64,000 nucleotides of DNA from an uncultured Verrucomicrobiae bacterium. GTDB taxonomy: Bacteria; Verrucomicrobiota; Verrucomicrobiia; Chthoniobacterales; UBA10450. The notes beneath the pieces are model-generated. The model searched no databases and had not been told where the DNA came from. It worked only from the letters and a program-made list of their open reading frames with translations. Shown in pieces: positions 1 to 11,258 of the stretch; the stretch's first letter is position 1, and each line of letters opens with the position of its first letter. Both the position numbers and the translations under genes were made by a program. The stretch covers positions 448,001-512,000 of the forward strand of contig CAWFGO010000003.1 in assembly GCA_963815455.1 (NCBI GenBank), read 5' to 3'.

Positions 1-1
1 C

Positions 2-754
2 CATTACAACGAGACACTCAAGATCGAACCGAACAACAAGGAGGCGAAAGACAATTACGACTACGTAAAAAAGAAGATCGACGAGCTCAAAAACAAAAAG
101 AAGGAGCAGCCGACGCCTACGCCTTCCCCGCAGGAAAATAAGCAGAACCAACAGAATCAGCAGTCGCAAGACCAGCAGCAAAAAGGGGATCAGGGCCAGC
201 AACAACAGCAAGACCAGCAGCAGTCCCAGAATCAACAATCTCAAAAAGAGAAAGAACAAAACCAGGAGAAGCAGCCACAATCGAAGAGCGAGCCGGAAAA
301 ATCCGAACAGTCCAAGCCCAGCGAAACCTCATCGCCGACTCCTTCTCCGGGCGAGCAGAAGCAGGATCAGAAGGAAAAGGGCGAAGGTGAGCAGCCTTCT
401 CCGACACCCGGGCCGGGGTCACCGACCCCGGCTACAACTCCGACGCCGGGCGAAAACGAAAATGGAAGTCCGTCGCCTTCGCCAAACACCGGGGAAGGCT
501 CGGGCGAAAAGACAACACCATCTCCTGCTCCGTCCGGGTCGCCCCAGAAAAAACTGGCAGGTGAATTGAAGGAGGCCGGTGAGGAGAAGCCGAAGGCGGA
601 CCAGACTGCGGAAGTTGGCGAAGCCGAACCAGAGAAGGAAGGCCAGATGAGCGAGAGTCAAGCGCTGGCCTTGCTCCAGTCGATGAAGGACGAGGAGGCG
701 CGGGTCCGGCTTGATGAACGCAAGGCTGCGCGCCATGTCTATAAGGATTGGTAA
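2..754 (+). CDS. BatC-like TPR protein with Gln/Pro-rich linker (5' partial)
   Basis: Open frame from window start (HYNETLKIEPNNKEAKDNYDYV, TPR-like), Q/E/P-rich linker, C-terminal ALALLQSMKDEE...YKDW typical of BatB/BatC; directly upstream of batD. Confidence 0.8.
   Translation, partial: HYNETLKIEPNNKEAKDNYDYVKKKIDELKNKKKEQPTPTPSPQENKQNQQNQQSQDQQQKGDQGQQQQQDQQQSQNQQSQKEKEQNQEKQPQSKSEPEKSEQSKPSETSSPTPSPGEQKQDQKEKGEGEQPSPTPGPGSPTPATTPTPGENENGSPSPSPNTGEGSGEKTTPSPAPSGSPQKKLAGELKEAGEEKPKADQTAEVGEAEPEKEGQMSESQALALLQSMKDEEARVRLDERKAARHVYKDW
412..437 (-). repeat. GTAG-type REP half-element inside batC-like CDS
   Basis: GCCGGGGTCACCGACCCCGGCTACAA; same family as the intergenic copy at 38389-38414. 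Confidence 0.7.
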
Positions 755-758
755 TCGA

Positions 759-780
759 ATGTTTGATGTTAGATGTTTGA
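759..780. repeat. Heptamer tandem repeat (ATGTTTG/ATGTTAG x3)
   Basis: Directly visible between the batC stop and batD start. Confidence 0.7.
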
Positions 781-786
781 GGTAAG

Positions 787-2640
787 ATGGGACGCACGCT
801 TGTAACAATTACGCTTGCCGGAATTTTTGCGGTCAGCTCTGCCCACGCGGAATCGCCGAGCGTTACGGCGGTGTTGAGCAATTCGGAAGCGGGAGTGGGC
901 GAAACGGTCCAGTTGCAGATCCGGGTCACGGGGGGCCGCAGTGCGGAAGCGCCCGAGGAGATCGCGGTCGACGGTTTGGAGATTCACCGCACCGGCACCT
1001 CGCAGCATTTGGAGATGAACAATTTCAACGTCACCTCTAGCGTGATCTACAGTTACACGATCTTGCCGTTGAAAACGGGAACGCTCAAGATCCCGCCCCA
1101 AACGATCCGCATCGCCGGGAAATCCCTTCAGACTCCGGAGCTGACGCTGCATGTCGTTGATTCGCCAGGCTCGGCCGCGCGCCCAAATCCAGGCGCGACC
1201 GGTGAACCGCAAAGAACCTCCGCCGGCAAGCTCGCGTTTGCCGAGCTCATTGTGCCTAAGAAAAGCGCTTTTGTCGGGGAGATTGTGCCGGTCCAAATCC
1301 GGCTCGGATTCGACCCGCGCTCGCGGCCGCGGTTGATCGATGGCCCGGAGATAACCGCCCAGGGATTCACGGCGCAAAAACTCCAGCAAACGGGAGAACG
1401 AATGGAAACGATCGATGGCAGGGCCTACACGGTCGTCGGGTTCAAAACGGCTATTGCAGCGGCCCGGGCCGGAAAATTCGAGATCGGTCCGGTGAAAGCG
1501 CGAGCGCAAATCTCCGTGCCGCGGCAATCGAGTTCGCAGCCGCGTCGGCGCTCACCATTCGACATGTTCGATCAAAACGATCCGTTCTCCAATCCGTTTT
1601 TTGACGATCCGTTCGGTCAGATGAACGAGCGCCGAGAAGTCGATGTTAAAAGCGAAGCGATGAGTTTTGAAGTGAAACCATTGCCGCCCAATGCGCCGCC
1701 CCAGTTTTCCGGCGCGGTTGGAAATTTCACGATGACAACCGATGCCAAGCCGACGAACCTGCAAGTAGGCGATCCGATTACGGTAACATCGACAATCACC
1801 GGGCGCGGAAACTTCGATCGCGTCAACGCGCCGGTCCTCGAAAACGACCGCGGCTGGCACAAGTACCCGTCGTCATCGAAGTTCAGTCAGGACGATGATG
1901 TTGGCATCAGCGGAGCGAAGAGTTTTGAAACGGTCATTTCGCCGAACGAAAAGAAGCCGAACATCCCGCCGTTCGTTTTCGCATATTTCGATCCGGCGAA
2001 AGAAAATTATGTGACGCTGCGCAGCGATACGGTGCCAATCAACGTGGAAGGAGGAGCCACTGCGGCCGCCGGATCGGCTCAGCCGGGGTCATCGCCCCCG
2101 GCTACAGCATCGATCCCGGCTACCATGACCGAGACGAAGCCGACGGATATTTTGTATCAGTTGACTGAACAACCGAAAACCGTGCAATCGTTTGTGCCGT
2201 TCTACGCCCGACGCGTTTTTTGGGCGGCACAGCTGGTTCCGTTAATCGGGCTACTGGGATTTGCCGGATGGAAAATTCGCCAGTCCAAGGTTGGTAATCG
2301 TGAACGACAGAGGATCGCGGCCTTGGAGCACGAGGCGGGAGATTTGATGCGCAAACTGCGCCGGGCCGATGTTTCACCGCAGGATTACTATGCCGAGGCT
2401 TCGCGAATGGTGAGGGTCAAGGCCGCGCTCGCGTCCGGCAGCCGAATCGATCCGAACTCTGTGGATCTGGAAACGGCGGCGGCCGCGTTTCGGTTGGACC
2501 AGCAATCGCAAGAGCAGCTCCGGCGATTGTTCGACCGAAGCGACGAATTGCAATACAGCGGCGCTCAAAACGGCGCCGAGACAATCTCGCGAGAAAACCG
2601 CCGCGAAGTGCTGGAGCTTATCGAAAATCTGCGAACGTGA
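787..2640 (+). CDS. batD: BatD family protein
   Basis: Signal peptide, repeated Ig-like BatD domains (VGETVQLQIRV; FSGAVGNF; VGDPITV), C-terminal TM helix; bat operon context. Confidence 0.85.
   Translation: MGRTLVTITLAGIFAVSSAHAESPSVTAVLSNSEAGVGETVQLQIRVTGGRSAEAPEEIAVDGLEIHRTGTSQHLEMNNFNVTSSVIYSYTILPLKTGTLKIPPQTIRIAGKSLQTPELTLHVVDSPGSAARPNPGATGEPQRTSAGKLAFAELIVPKKSAFVGEIVPVQIRLGFDPRSRPRLIDGPEITAQGFTAQKLQQTGERMETIDGRAYTVVGFKTAIAAARAGKFEIGPVKARAQISVPRQSSSQPRRRSPFDMFDQNDPFSNPFFDDPFGQMNERREVDVKSEAMSFEVKPLPPNAPPQFSGAVGNFTMTTDAKPTNLQVGDPITVTSTITGRGNFDRVNAPVLENDRGWHKYPSSSKFSQDDDVGISGAKSFETVISPNEKKPNIPPFVFAYFDPAKENYVTLRSDTVPINVEGGATAAAGSAQPGSSPPATASIPATMTETKPTDILYQLTEQPKTVQSFVPFYARRVFWAAQLVPLIGLLGFAGWKIRQSKVGNRERQRIAALEHEAGDLMRKLRRADVSPQDYYAEASRMVRVKAALASGSRIDPNSVDLETAAAAFRLDQQSQEQLRRLFDRSDELQYSGAQNGAETISRENRREVLELIENLRT
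2082..2124 (-). repeat. GTAG-type REP (1.5 copies) inside batD linker
   Basis: GCCGGGGTCATCGCCCCCGGCTACA followed by GATCCCGGCTAC; matches 412-437 and 38389-38414. Confidence 0.6.
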
Positions 2641-3384
2641 CGCTGCGAAATTTCATTGTTCATTTTTGGTGCGCGACGATTTGCATCGTTGGCGTTTCGT
2701 CCCTCTCTGCTCAAACCGACGCGCAATTTGCCAAAGCGACTCAGGAGTATTCGCAAGGGCATTACAAGGAGGCGATCAGCGGTTATGAAGAACTGGTTCG
2801 CGCCGGCCAATGGAGTGCGACTCTGTTTTATGATCTCGGCAATGCTTACTTTCGAGCCGGAGATTTCGGGCGATGCGATCCTGAACTACGAGCGAGCGCT
2901 CGCGCTGGATCGACATCATCCGGAAAGCGCAGCCAACCTGGGCATCGCACGCGACGAGGCGCGAGCACTTGAGATACAGCCGGGCTGGCTGGAGCGCCAC
3001 CTGCAATTCGCCAGCCTGAATCAATATAGCGTTGTTGCGGCCACGGCGTTCTGGGTAGGAATTTTTTGCGTCGCCGGATTGATCTTTGCCCGCCGCCGGG
3101 CGGCGGGAACGGTTGCGTTGTCGGTCCTTGGATTCGCCATTTTTGCCGTATCACTTTTTGCGATTTACAAGATCGACAACCAAAACAGAGGGCTGGCAAT
3201 TGTGACGGGCAACGACGTGACCGCACGCCTGGCCACAGCGGACAACGCGGCGAGTATTCTGGCGTTGCCGGCCGGCAGCGAGATCAGGATCTTGAGCAGA
3301 CGGGGCGACTGGATTTACGCGACGCTGCCAAACGATCAACGCGGCTGGATCCCGGCCGCGGACGCCGAGAAAGTGCGATTGTAG
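2637..3384 (+). CDS. batE: BatE-like TPR + SH3 domain protein (frameshift near 2870)
   Basis: LFYDLGNAYFR...AILNYERALAL TPR, two TM helices, SH3b-like GDWIYATLPNDQRGWIP; split across two ORFs. Confidence 0.8.
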
Positions 3385-3496
3385 TCTAAATACCTCGGCC
3401 TCACGTTTTTCGTGCGGGCGCGGCGACCCCAAAGCCCGCGTCAGGCGCAAAAAGGGCTGTGTCGGCACGGTTTCCGCTACAGGGAAGTCCTGCACC

Positions 3497-4582
3497 ATGG
3501 GCAAACGCGCGGATTCTGTCATCGGCATCGACTTGGGCAAGCACGTCTTTAAGGGCGTAACGCTCAAAAGAAAGGGCGATTCCCGCCTTGTGCTGACGAG
3601 TTTTGCCTCGCACGAGGTGCCCGAAACGTTCGCCACCGCCGATGACCTCGCACAGGAACTAAAACATTTGTTGCACGATCTCGGCAATGGCGCCAAGGCC
3701 TGCGTCGTAGCGATCTCCGATCCCACGGCGTTGTTACGCATCGTCGAACAACCCGAGACCCCGATCGATCTGCTTCGAACCGCCCTGCGGTTAAACGGCA
3801 TGGCCGTGCTCAATCAGGAGTGCCGGGAATTCGTGCTGGATGTCGCGCCCGTCAATCTAAACGGCAGCGATGAAATCAATCCTGCCGAAAAAGGCGCGGG
3901 CTCAGGATCGACATCGACAATGGTCCAGGGCGGCGTCGTAACGCAAACCAAATACCTGGTAGGCGGGATGCCGCGCCAGTTGGTAAAGCAAATCTCCGAA
4001 GCGTTCGCCAAGACCCGTCTCTCCGCGGAAATCTTCCAGGTCGGCCCGGTTTGTTCGTTCAACGCATTCGAGTTTGCTTATCCGGAAATATTTAACAACG
4101 ACGCCTTTCTGCTTCTCGATATGGGTCATTTGCAAAGCACGGTGCTGATCGGGAGCAAGGGTGAACTGGTACTGGCACGCAGTATCGATTACGGTGGAAA
4201 AATCCTCACCCACGCGCTCACCGCCGATGGAGCGCTGGAAAAAGCTGCGGCCTGGGCGCTGATTCAACAGGGGGACGAGGCAATGACGGAAATCTGCCGG
4301 GGTTCGCTCTCGCGGCTCGGCATGGAGGTGCGCAATTCCATCGGCTTTTTCGAGGGCCAGCGGGAGGAGAGCATCAATCGCATTTTTGTGTCGGGCGGCC
4401 TCGCCCACTCGGAAGCAGTGTTGCAAATGCTCAGCGATGAGCTTGGCCTGGCCTGCGAAGTTTGGGACCCGTTAGAGACATGCGAAGTGGCGGTGTCCGC
4501 GGCAAAACGCCAGAGCCTGCCGGACGAATTTGTTTCACTGAATGTCGCTTGCGGCGCGGCCTTTGAATATCTCAGGAACTAA
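3497..4582 (+). CDS. pilM: PilM-like actin-fold pilus assembly protein
   Basis: VIGIDLG, LLLDMG and IFVSGG actin-fold motifs; followed by PilN/PilO-like genes. Confidence 0.8.
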   Translation: MGKRADSVIGIDLGKHVFKGVTLKRKGDSRLVLTSFASHEVPETFATADDLAQELKHLLHDLGNGAKACVVAISDPTALLRIVEQPETPIDLLRTALRLNGMAVLNQECREFVLDVAPVNLNGSDEINPAEKGAGSGSTSTMVQGGVVTQTKYLVGGMPRQLVKQISEAFAKTRLSAEIFQVGPVCSFNAFEFAYPEIFNNDAFLLLDMGHLQSTVLIGSKGELVLARSIDYGGKILTHALTADGALEKAAAWALIQQGDEAMTEICRGSLSRLGMEVRNSIGFFEGQREESINRIFVSGGLAHSEAVLQMLSDELGLACEVWDPLETCEVAVSAAKRQSLPDEFVSLNVACGAAFEYLRN

Positions 4583-4588
4583 CAGACG

Positions 4589-5242
4589 ATGGCACTTCAT
4601 CTCAACCTCCTCCACGAGGAGATTCTGGAACAAAGACAGCGCCAGCGCGATCCGCTAAAGATCGGGATGATGGTGCTGGTGGGGATTGGCTCGCTGCTCG
4701 TCCTCTACTATCTGTGGAACGTCTTTCGAACCCTTGAGATCAAGAGCCAGTTGTCCACTCTCAATCGCGACTGGGCCAAGGTCGAACCGAGTGTGACCGC
4801 CGCCCAAAAACGTGTGGCCGACCTCAATGAAGCGATCAAGACAACGCGCGCACTGGACGACTACATCGACAATCGATTTTTCTGGGGCCCGTTCTTGCAG
4901 AAGGTTGCCGAATGCGTCGCGCCCAACACACAGCTGACCGGAATGACGGGCGCTGTCTTGGAAGATAACAAAGGCGTCAACGTTTCCATCGAAGGCGTGG
5001 CCGCCGGCCGCGAGCCGCGATCCGTGGCTGAGGATCTGCGCCAGATGTTGCTGGAACAGCTCAAGAAGGCTTACAGCGATGTCAAAGTCGAGTTCAAGTC
5101 GCTCGAGGACGTCGACCAGATCGTGATCGTGAGCGGGACTCACATGGCGATGGCCCACTACACCCTCAACATTACCTTCCAGCCTCACGCCGCGTCCAAA
5201 GCCGTGCCCGCTTCTACCCCGGGCCGGAATCGCAAAAAATGA
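4589..5242 (+). CDS. PilN-like bitopic membrane protein
   Basis: N-terminal LNLL motif, single TM helix, coiled coil, probable ferredoxin-like C-terminal domain. Confidence 0.65.
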   Translation: MALHLNLLHEEILEQRQRQRDPLKIGMMVLVGIGSLLVLYYLWNVFRTLEIKSQLSTLNRDWAKVEPSVTAAQKRVADLNEAIKTTRALDDYIDNRFFWGPFLQKVAECVAPNTQLTGMTGAVLEDNKGVNVSIEGVAAGREPRSVAEDLRQMLLEQLKKAYSDVKVEFKSLEDVDQIVIVSGTHMAMAHYTLNITFQPHAASKAVPASTPGRNRKK

Positions 5243-5812
5243 ACAAGATTAATTTGAACAAGGATCAGATCCAGAAGGTCGTGCTCAGCGCGATGGGCCT
5301 CGTGGTCTTGCTCTATGTTTACTTCAACTTTTTCCTCGGCCCGCTGGCCAACAGCCGCAACGCCGCGTTGGCCACGATCAAGGAGCAACAAGCGAAGCTG
5401 GACGGCTCCCAGGACGAAATCGCCAAGGCCGCCAAGCTCGAACACACGGCCAAAAACGCCACGGCGCGTTTTGCCGCGCTCAAGGCCCTCAATCCTGAAG
5501 GTGCGCCAATCGCCTGGTTTCCGCCTCGGGTGAAAACATTCTTTGCCAATCAGCAGATCGATAAAGCGGTGGCGCGTCTCGACAACAGCAGCGGATTCAA
5601 GCCAAACGAACTCTCCGGCTGGACGCGATATAACTGGCTAGTCGAATTGCCCCAGACCGATTACGGCGCGCTTGGCAAAGCCATCGCCGAACTGGAAAAT
5701 ACCGAGCCGCTGCTGGCGATCACGAAAATGGGCATTCACGTTCTGCCGGAACAGCCCCAGTTCCAGAAGGTCGATCTCGCCGGTGGAAAACATGATCACG
5801 GAGAAAAAATGA
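5239..5812 (+). CDS. PilO-like bitopic membrane protein (extra base near 5780 fuses it to the next ORF)
   Basis: TM helix + coiled coil + TDYGALGKAIAELEN; removing one base gives DLAVENMITEKK-stop with an ATGA overlap at 5809-5812. Confidence 0.6.
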
Positions 5813-6216
5813 GAGAGTCCGCGTTTCTTCTCATCGCCGTCCTCATCGTTGTCAGCAATTCGTTTGCGGACGAGCCGGCGCCGATCGAGATAAAAAGCAA
5901 ATCATCCTTCAAGCTGGATGGTGGCCGCAATCCGTTTTGGCCTATCGGCTGGAAACCCTCGGGACTAACGGCCAGCACCGACGCGGCGGGCACGGCATCG
6001 GACATTCCCGAGAGCGCTTTCTTGTTAAGTTCCATCGCGATCGAAAAGGGAGCGCGCTTTGCAATCATCAACGGCAAGATCATGCAGGAAGGCCAGCAGT
6101 TCGCATTGCAGATGGGCACTTCGACTTATCAGCTCACCTTGAAAAAGATCGCGGATGGCAAGGTAATCCTCGGCCGGCGCGACCAGGAAATCGTCATCCA
6201 GCTTCGGCGGAAATAA
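5809..6216 (+). CDS. PilP/GspB-like periplasmic protein
   Basis: Signal peptide, RNPFWP motif, FAIINGKIMQEG; last gene of the pilMNO-like run. Confidence 0.55.
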   Translation: MRESAFLLIAVLIVVSNSFADEPAPIEIKSKSSFKLDGGRNPFWPIGWKPSGLTASTDAAGTASDIPESAFLLSSIAIEKGARFAIINGKIMQEGQQFALQMGTSTYQLTLKKIADGKVILGRRDQEIVIQLRRK

Positions 6217-6229
6217 CCGCGAACACATC

Positions 6230-6248
6230 GCGGCGCGAGGCGCGCCGC
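6230..6248. terminator. GC-rich hairpin between convergent genes
   Basis: GCGGCGCG-AGG-CGCGCCGC; no clear U tract. Confidence 0.35.
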
Positions 6249-6259
6249 CATTCGGGAGA

Positions 6260-8306
6260 CTAGCCGACCGGCGCCCCCAGTTGCCCGATTGGAACGAACT
6301 TACTTTCGTGCAGCTCGACCGGCTTCGTCCCGCGAATCAGCTGCCACCATTGTCTGGCCGAGCCGATCACAATCAGCAAAACCAATACCAGGAAAAACGC
6401 TGCCACCATCGCGTCGACCCGCCAGACCGCGGCCTGCCGAACGAGTCCGGCCGCCTGGTTCAGATCGACAATCGTACCCGCCCGCTCTACAAGCGACTGC
6501 GCGCCGCTCAAGAAACCCAGCCTCGGTTCCGGCGAAAAAATCTTTAGATAGCCGGCCGAAAACGTCACCGCGCACATAAACGCAAGCGGCAGCAGCGTGA
6601 TGAACAAATATCGCGTCTTTTGCATTTTGATCAGGATGGTCGTGCACAGGCAGAGCGCGACCACCGAAAGCAACTGATTGGCCAATCCGAACAGCGGCCA
6701 CAGCGTGTTGATGCCGCCCAGCGGATCGATCACGCCTTGATATAAAAACCAGCCCCAGCCCGCGACCAAGAGCGCGCTCGTAGCACAATTCGCCGTCCAC
6801 GACCGCGTATTGCCGAGCGCAGGCCACACGTTGCCTAGCAAATCTTGAAGCAGAAAACGTCCGACCCGGGTTCCGGCGTCAATCGTCGTCAGAATAAACA
6901 GCGCTTCAAACATGATGGCGAAGTGGTACCACAGCGCCATCGCGGTCGGTCCCGCGGAAACGCGAGCAAACATGTGCGCCATTCCCACCGCAAACGTCGG
7001 CGCACCTCCGGCGCGATTGAACATGGTGTCTTCGCCGAGGCTGTGCGCCAAATTGCTCATCTGCTGCTCCGTCACCGGAAAACCGGCTGCGCTCACCGTG
7101 GCCACGACCTCGGCCGGCGCGCCTTTCGAATTGATCGCGAAATACTCCCCCGGCACGAGCACGCAGGCCGCAATCATTGCCATCAACGCCACCATCATTT
7201 CCGTGACCATTGCGCCGTAACCAATGTCGCGAATGCGCGATTCGCGGCCGAGCATTTTTGGCGTTGTTCCCGACGCGATCAGTGAATGGAAACCGGAAAC
7301 GGCTCCGCAGGCGATTGTGATGCAGACAAAAGGAAAAACAGGCCCGGCGAAAACCAGACCGGTGCCGTCAATGAATTTCGTGAGCGCGGGCATTTGCAGA
7401 GTCGGATGAATCAACATCACCGCTACGGCCAGCGCCGCCACCGTGCCCAGTTTCAAGAAAGTGCTCAGATAATCGCGCGGCGTAAGCAGCATCCAGACTG
7501 GGAGGATCGACGCCGCGAGTCCATAGATCATGATTGCCCAGGCCAGCCAGCGCGCATCGTGGCGGAACAAGCTTTCGATCGCCGGGAATTGCCCGAGAAA
7601 TTGTCCGCCCCAGACCCCAAACGCCAGGCCGAGCAATCCAAAAATCGTGATCACGGTCACGCTCACTTTTCCGCTGCGCAATCCCGCGCCCATGATCAGC
7701 GCGACTGGAATTGTCGTCGCGATGGTAAACACGCCCCACGGACTTTTTGCCAGCGCCTGGACGACCACGAGCGCCAGCACCGCCAACAGAATGGTCATGA
7801 TCGCCAGCACGCTTATCAAGCGCCAGCACGCCAACCCCGGGCCCGATTTCTTCCTTCACCATTTGGCCAAGCGTTTTCCCGCCCCGCCGGACCGAAGCGA
7901 AAAGAACGATCATGTCGTGGACAGCGCCGCCGAGCGTCGCGCCAATCAAAATCCAGAGCGTGCCCGGCAAGAAACCAAACTGCGCGGCAAGCACGGGGCC
8001 CACAAGCGGACCCGGTCCGGCAATCGCGGCAAAATGATGGCCAAAAACCATCCAGCGATTCGTCGGCACAAAATCCTTGCCATCGTTCCGACCACTGCCG
8101 GCGTGGCTCGCTCGTCATTAAGCACGAGAATTTTCGTCGCCAGCCATTTGCTGTAGAACCGATAACTGATCGAGCCCGCGCAAAGTCCGGCCACAATAAT
8201 CCAAAGCGCGCTGATTTGCTCGCCCCGGGAAAACGCCAGGACGGCCAAGCGCGCCAAGTCCCAAGAGCGTGACCGCAATCCAAAGCAGCTTTTTCCAGAG
8301 GCTCAT
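6260..8306 (-). CDS. cstA: Carbon starvation protein A (peptide/pyruvate transporter), several frameshifts
   Basis: FGHHFAAIAGPGPLVGP, LLTPRDYLS, ACGAVSGFHSL, FILTTIDAGTRVGR motifs spread over 3-4 frames. Confidence 0.9.
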
Positions 8307-8351
8307 GCGCTGATCATGATCCGCAATCGGGAAGCGATTTGCAATCCGCGT

Positions 8352-8411
8352 TGTAGCGGCGCTCTCCGAGCGTCGGACGAATTAATGCGACGGTCGGAGA
8401 CCGCCGCTACA
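8352..8411. repeat. GTAG-type REP doublet (REPIN-like, 60 bp)
   Basis: TGTAGCGGCGCTCTCCGAGCGTCG...CGACGGTCGGAGACCGCCGCTACA inverted pair. Confidence 0.85.
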
Positions 8412-8412
8412 A

Positions 8413-11058
8413 TCATAAACTCCCCCGCGCTTGTTTCAGCTTCGCCAATTGCTCGACTGAAATTCTTCTGCCGTTGTCGATGTTCTTCGACTACCGCTGC
8501 CGGTGCTCGATCGACAAACGATTTGTTTTTCAACTTATCTTCTACCGTTTTCAGCTCCGCTTCGACTCTCGCGATTTCTTTGTCAAGCCGGTCGCGCTCG
8601 GCCGCTTTGTCCACGCCGCTAATCGTCAGGAAAATTTCACCCAACGAGGTCACCGCCATCGGCAGCCCTGGTTCTGCCTTGTGTTGTCGATCCAACTTCA
8701 CGTCTTCGGCATTGAGTAAACGAGCGAGCGTCGGCATCTCGTCTGGCGATCTCCTTTGCATCCGCGCGCAAAATAAATTGGGCCTTCTTATTCGACGGAA
8801 TCTTAGCTTCCGCCCGCAGATTGCGCCCGGCCTGGACCGTTTCATAAATCGCAGCGACAAGTTTACGCTTTTGCCCAAGATCGACATCGTCTAAGGCGAT
8901 CTTCTTTGGCGGCGCGGCGAACTGAATCGATCCCGTTCCCAGGCCTAGCAACGACCAAAGCTCCTCGGTAATGTGCGGCATAAACGGATGAAGCAAGCCG
9001 CGACATTGCCGACAACACGAAATCCATCACCGCCAGCACGGAATTCTTCCTCGCTTCGTCTCCGCTGAAGATGTCCGTCTTCGCCGCTTCCACGAACCAG
9101 TCGCAGTAATCACTCCAAATAAATTCGTAAAGCCTTTGCGCGACGGTGTTGAATTGATATTCGCGATAGGCCGTCTCGATCGCGTCGATCGTTTCATTCA
9201 ATCGCGCCAGAACTTCCACCGCGTAAATTGACAACTGTTTGTTATCGATCTTTGGTTCGGCCGCGCTCGAGCCCGTGCATCTGCCGAAATCGCGCCACGT
9301 TCCAAAGCTTCGTCGCAAAATTCCGCCCCTCTTCGATCTGTTTTTCGTCGAACCGAATGTCCTGCCCGCTCGGCGCGATCCGCATCAGGCCGAAGCGCAA
9401 TCCATCGGCGCCGTACTTGTCGATCAACTCCAGCGGATCGGGCGAGTTACCCAATGACTTCGACATTTTTCGCCCCTGCTGATCACGGATCAGGCCGGTA
9501 AAGAAAACATCGTGGAACGGAATGTTATCTTCGATGCGCTCCGATTTTCCCGGCTTGAACTCGAGCCCGGCGATGATCATGCGGGCCACCCAGAAGAAAA
9601 TGATGTCCGGCGCCGTCACCAGCACGCTCGTCGGATAAAATTTTTTCCGCGTCTCTTTGTCCATCGTCTCATACGCCCAAAGCCACGATGAAAACCAGGT
9701 ATCGAGCGTGTCGTCGTCTTGGATCCAATTTCCCGGATCGGCCGGTGGTTCCAGGCCGACATAAATTTGGGATTCTGGAACCTGGGATTTGGGATTTCGC
9801 ATACCAGGCAGGTATGCGATGTCCCCACCAGACCTGCCGGCTGATGCACCAGTCCTGAATGTTCTCCAGCCATTGGGCGTAAACTTTTTCCCAATGCGCT
9901 GGAAAGAAACGAATCAGGTGATCGCGCACAACGGCAAGCGCCTCCTCCGTTTTCGGATAGCGCAGAAACCATTGCTCGCTCAGACGCGGCTCAATCGGCA
10001 CGTCGCTGCGATCGCTGAAACCGACATTGTTTTCATACGGCTCCGTTTTCGAGAGCATCCCCTGCTCTTTCAATAACTCCGCGGCTTTCTTGCGCGCTTC
10101 GAATCGGTCGAGGCCATGCAACTCCGGAACCGCCGGACAATTTATTTTCCCGTCCGGCCGTGAGAACATCGACAACGGGCAGGTTATGACGCTGGCCAAT
10201 CTCAAAATCGACCGTGTCATGCGCGGGCGTGACCTTTAAAACGCCGGTCCCGAATTTCGGATCGATCGCTTCATCGGTAATGATTGGGATCTTTTCACGC
10301 GCCAGCGGACGCCAGGCGTGTTTGCCGACAAGATCGACATAGCGCTTGTCGCCAGGGTGAAACGCCATCCCGACGTCAGCCATGATCGTTTCCGGTCGCG
10401 TGGTCGCGACTTCCAGAAAACGTCCCGGTTCCTCGACAATCTCGTAACGGACATAGTAGAGATTTCCCTTCTGCGGCTTGGAAATGACTTCCTCATCCGA
10501 GACGGCCGTTTGCGCGGCCGGATCCCAATTAATCATGCGCTTGCCGCGATAGATCAGCCCTTTGTCGTAAAGATCGACAAAAACTTTTTGGACAGCGCGG
10601 ACGTAATCGTCATCCAGCGTGTAGCGCTGGCGCGACCAATCGCACGAACAGCCAAGCCGCTTGAGCTGTTCGATGATGATGCCGCCATGTTTGTCCTGCC
10701 ACTCCAGAATACGACGCAGAAATTCTTCCCGGCCGAGATCGTGCCGCGTTTTCTTCTCCGTCTTGCGCAAATATTTTTCGACCGCCGTTTGAGTGCCGAT
10801 GCCGGCATGGTCCATTCCCGGCAACCAAAGAACCTCAAAGCCCTGCATTCGCGCGCGGCGAGCGAGGATATCCTGGATCGTGTTATTCAGCACATGCCCG
10901 AGGGTAAGCATTCCGGTGATGTTTGGCGGCGGAATGACAATCGAGAACGCCGGCTTCGACGAGGCCGGATTGGCCTCGAAATCACGATTGTCGATCCAAC
11001 GCCGGTACCATTTCGGTTCGACCGATTTCGGATCGTAGGTTTTTGAAAGCTCAGCCAT
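8413..11058 (-). CDS. valS: Valine--tRNA ligase (several frameshifts)
   Basis: [31 protein letters not shown]-terminal coiled coil [10 protein letters not shown]. Confidence 0.95.
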
Positions 11059-11100
11059 CGCGTTGAATCATCCGAAGCCCCGGCACGTTTGCAACCGGAT

Positions 11101-11191
11101 GTCAGGCAGCCTTGCCTGACTCGGCTGGCAGGCTGCCCGCCTGCCGGGATTCGACAGGCAAGCTGCCTGTCGGCCGAGCCAGCCTGGCAGG
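11101..11191. repeat. Cluster of short palindromes in the valS/murI divergent region
   Basis: GTCAGGCA..TGCCTGAC, GGCAGGC..GCCTGCC and GACAGGCA-AGC-TGCCTGTC hairpins. Confidence 0.6.
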
Positions 11192-11258
11192 CGATCTTCC
11201 TTCGCTTCGTCATAACGCGCTTGCGACACGTTGGGACAGCCGCCACCTTTCCCGCTGC

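Noticed and set aside
5239..6216. Genuine PilO-PilP fusion protein
   Set aside because: A single-base correction restores a stop with ATGA coupling, and the second part has its own signal peptide.
11059..11258. T-box or other riboswitch upstream of valS
   Set aside because: No T-box consensus or terminator; the hairpins look like dispersed repeats.
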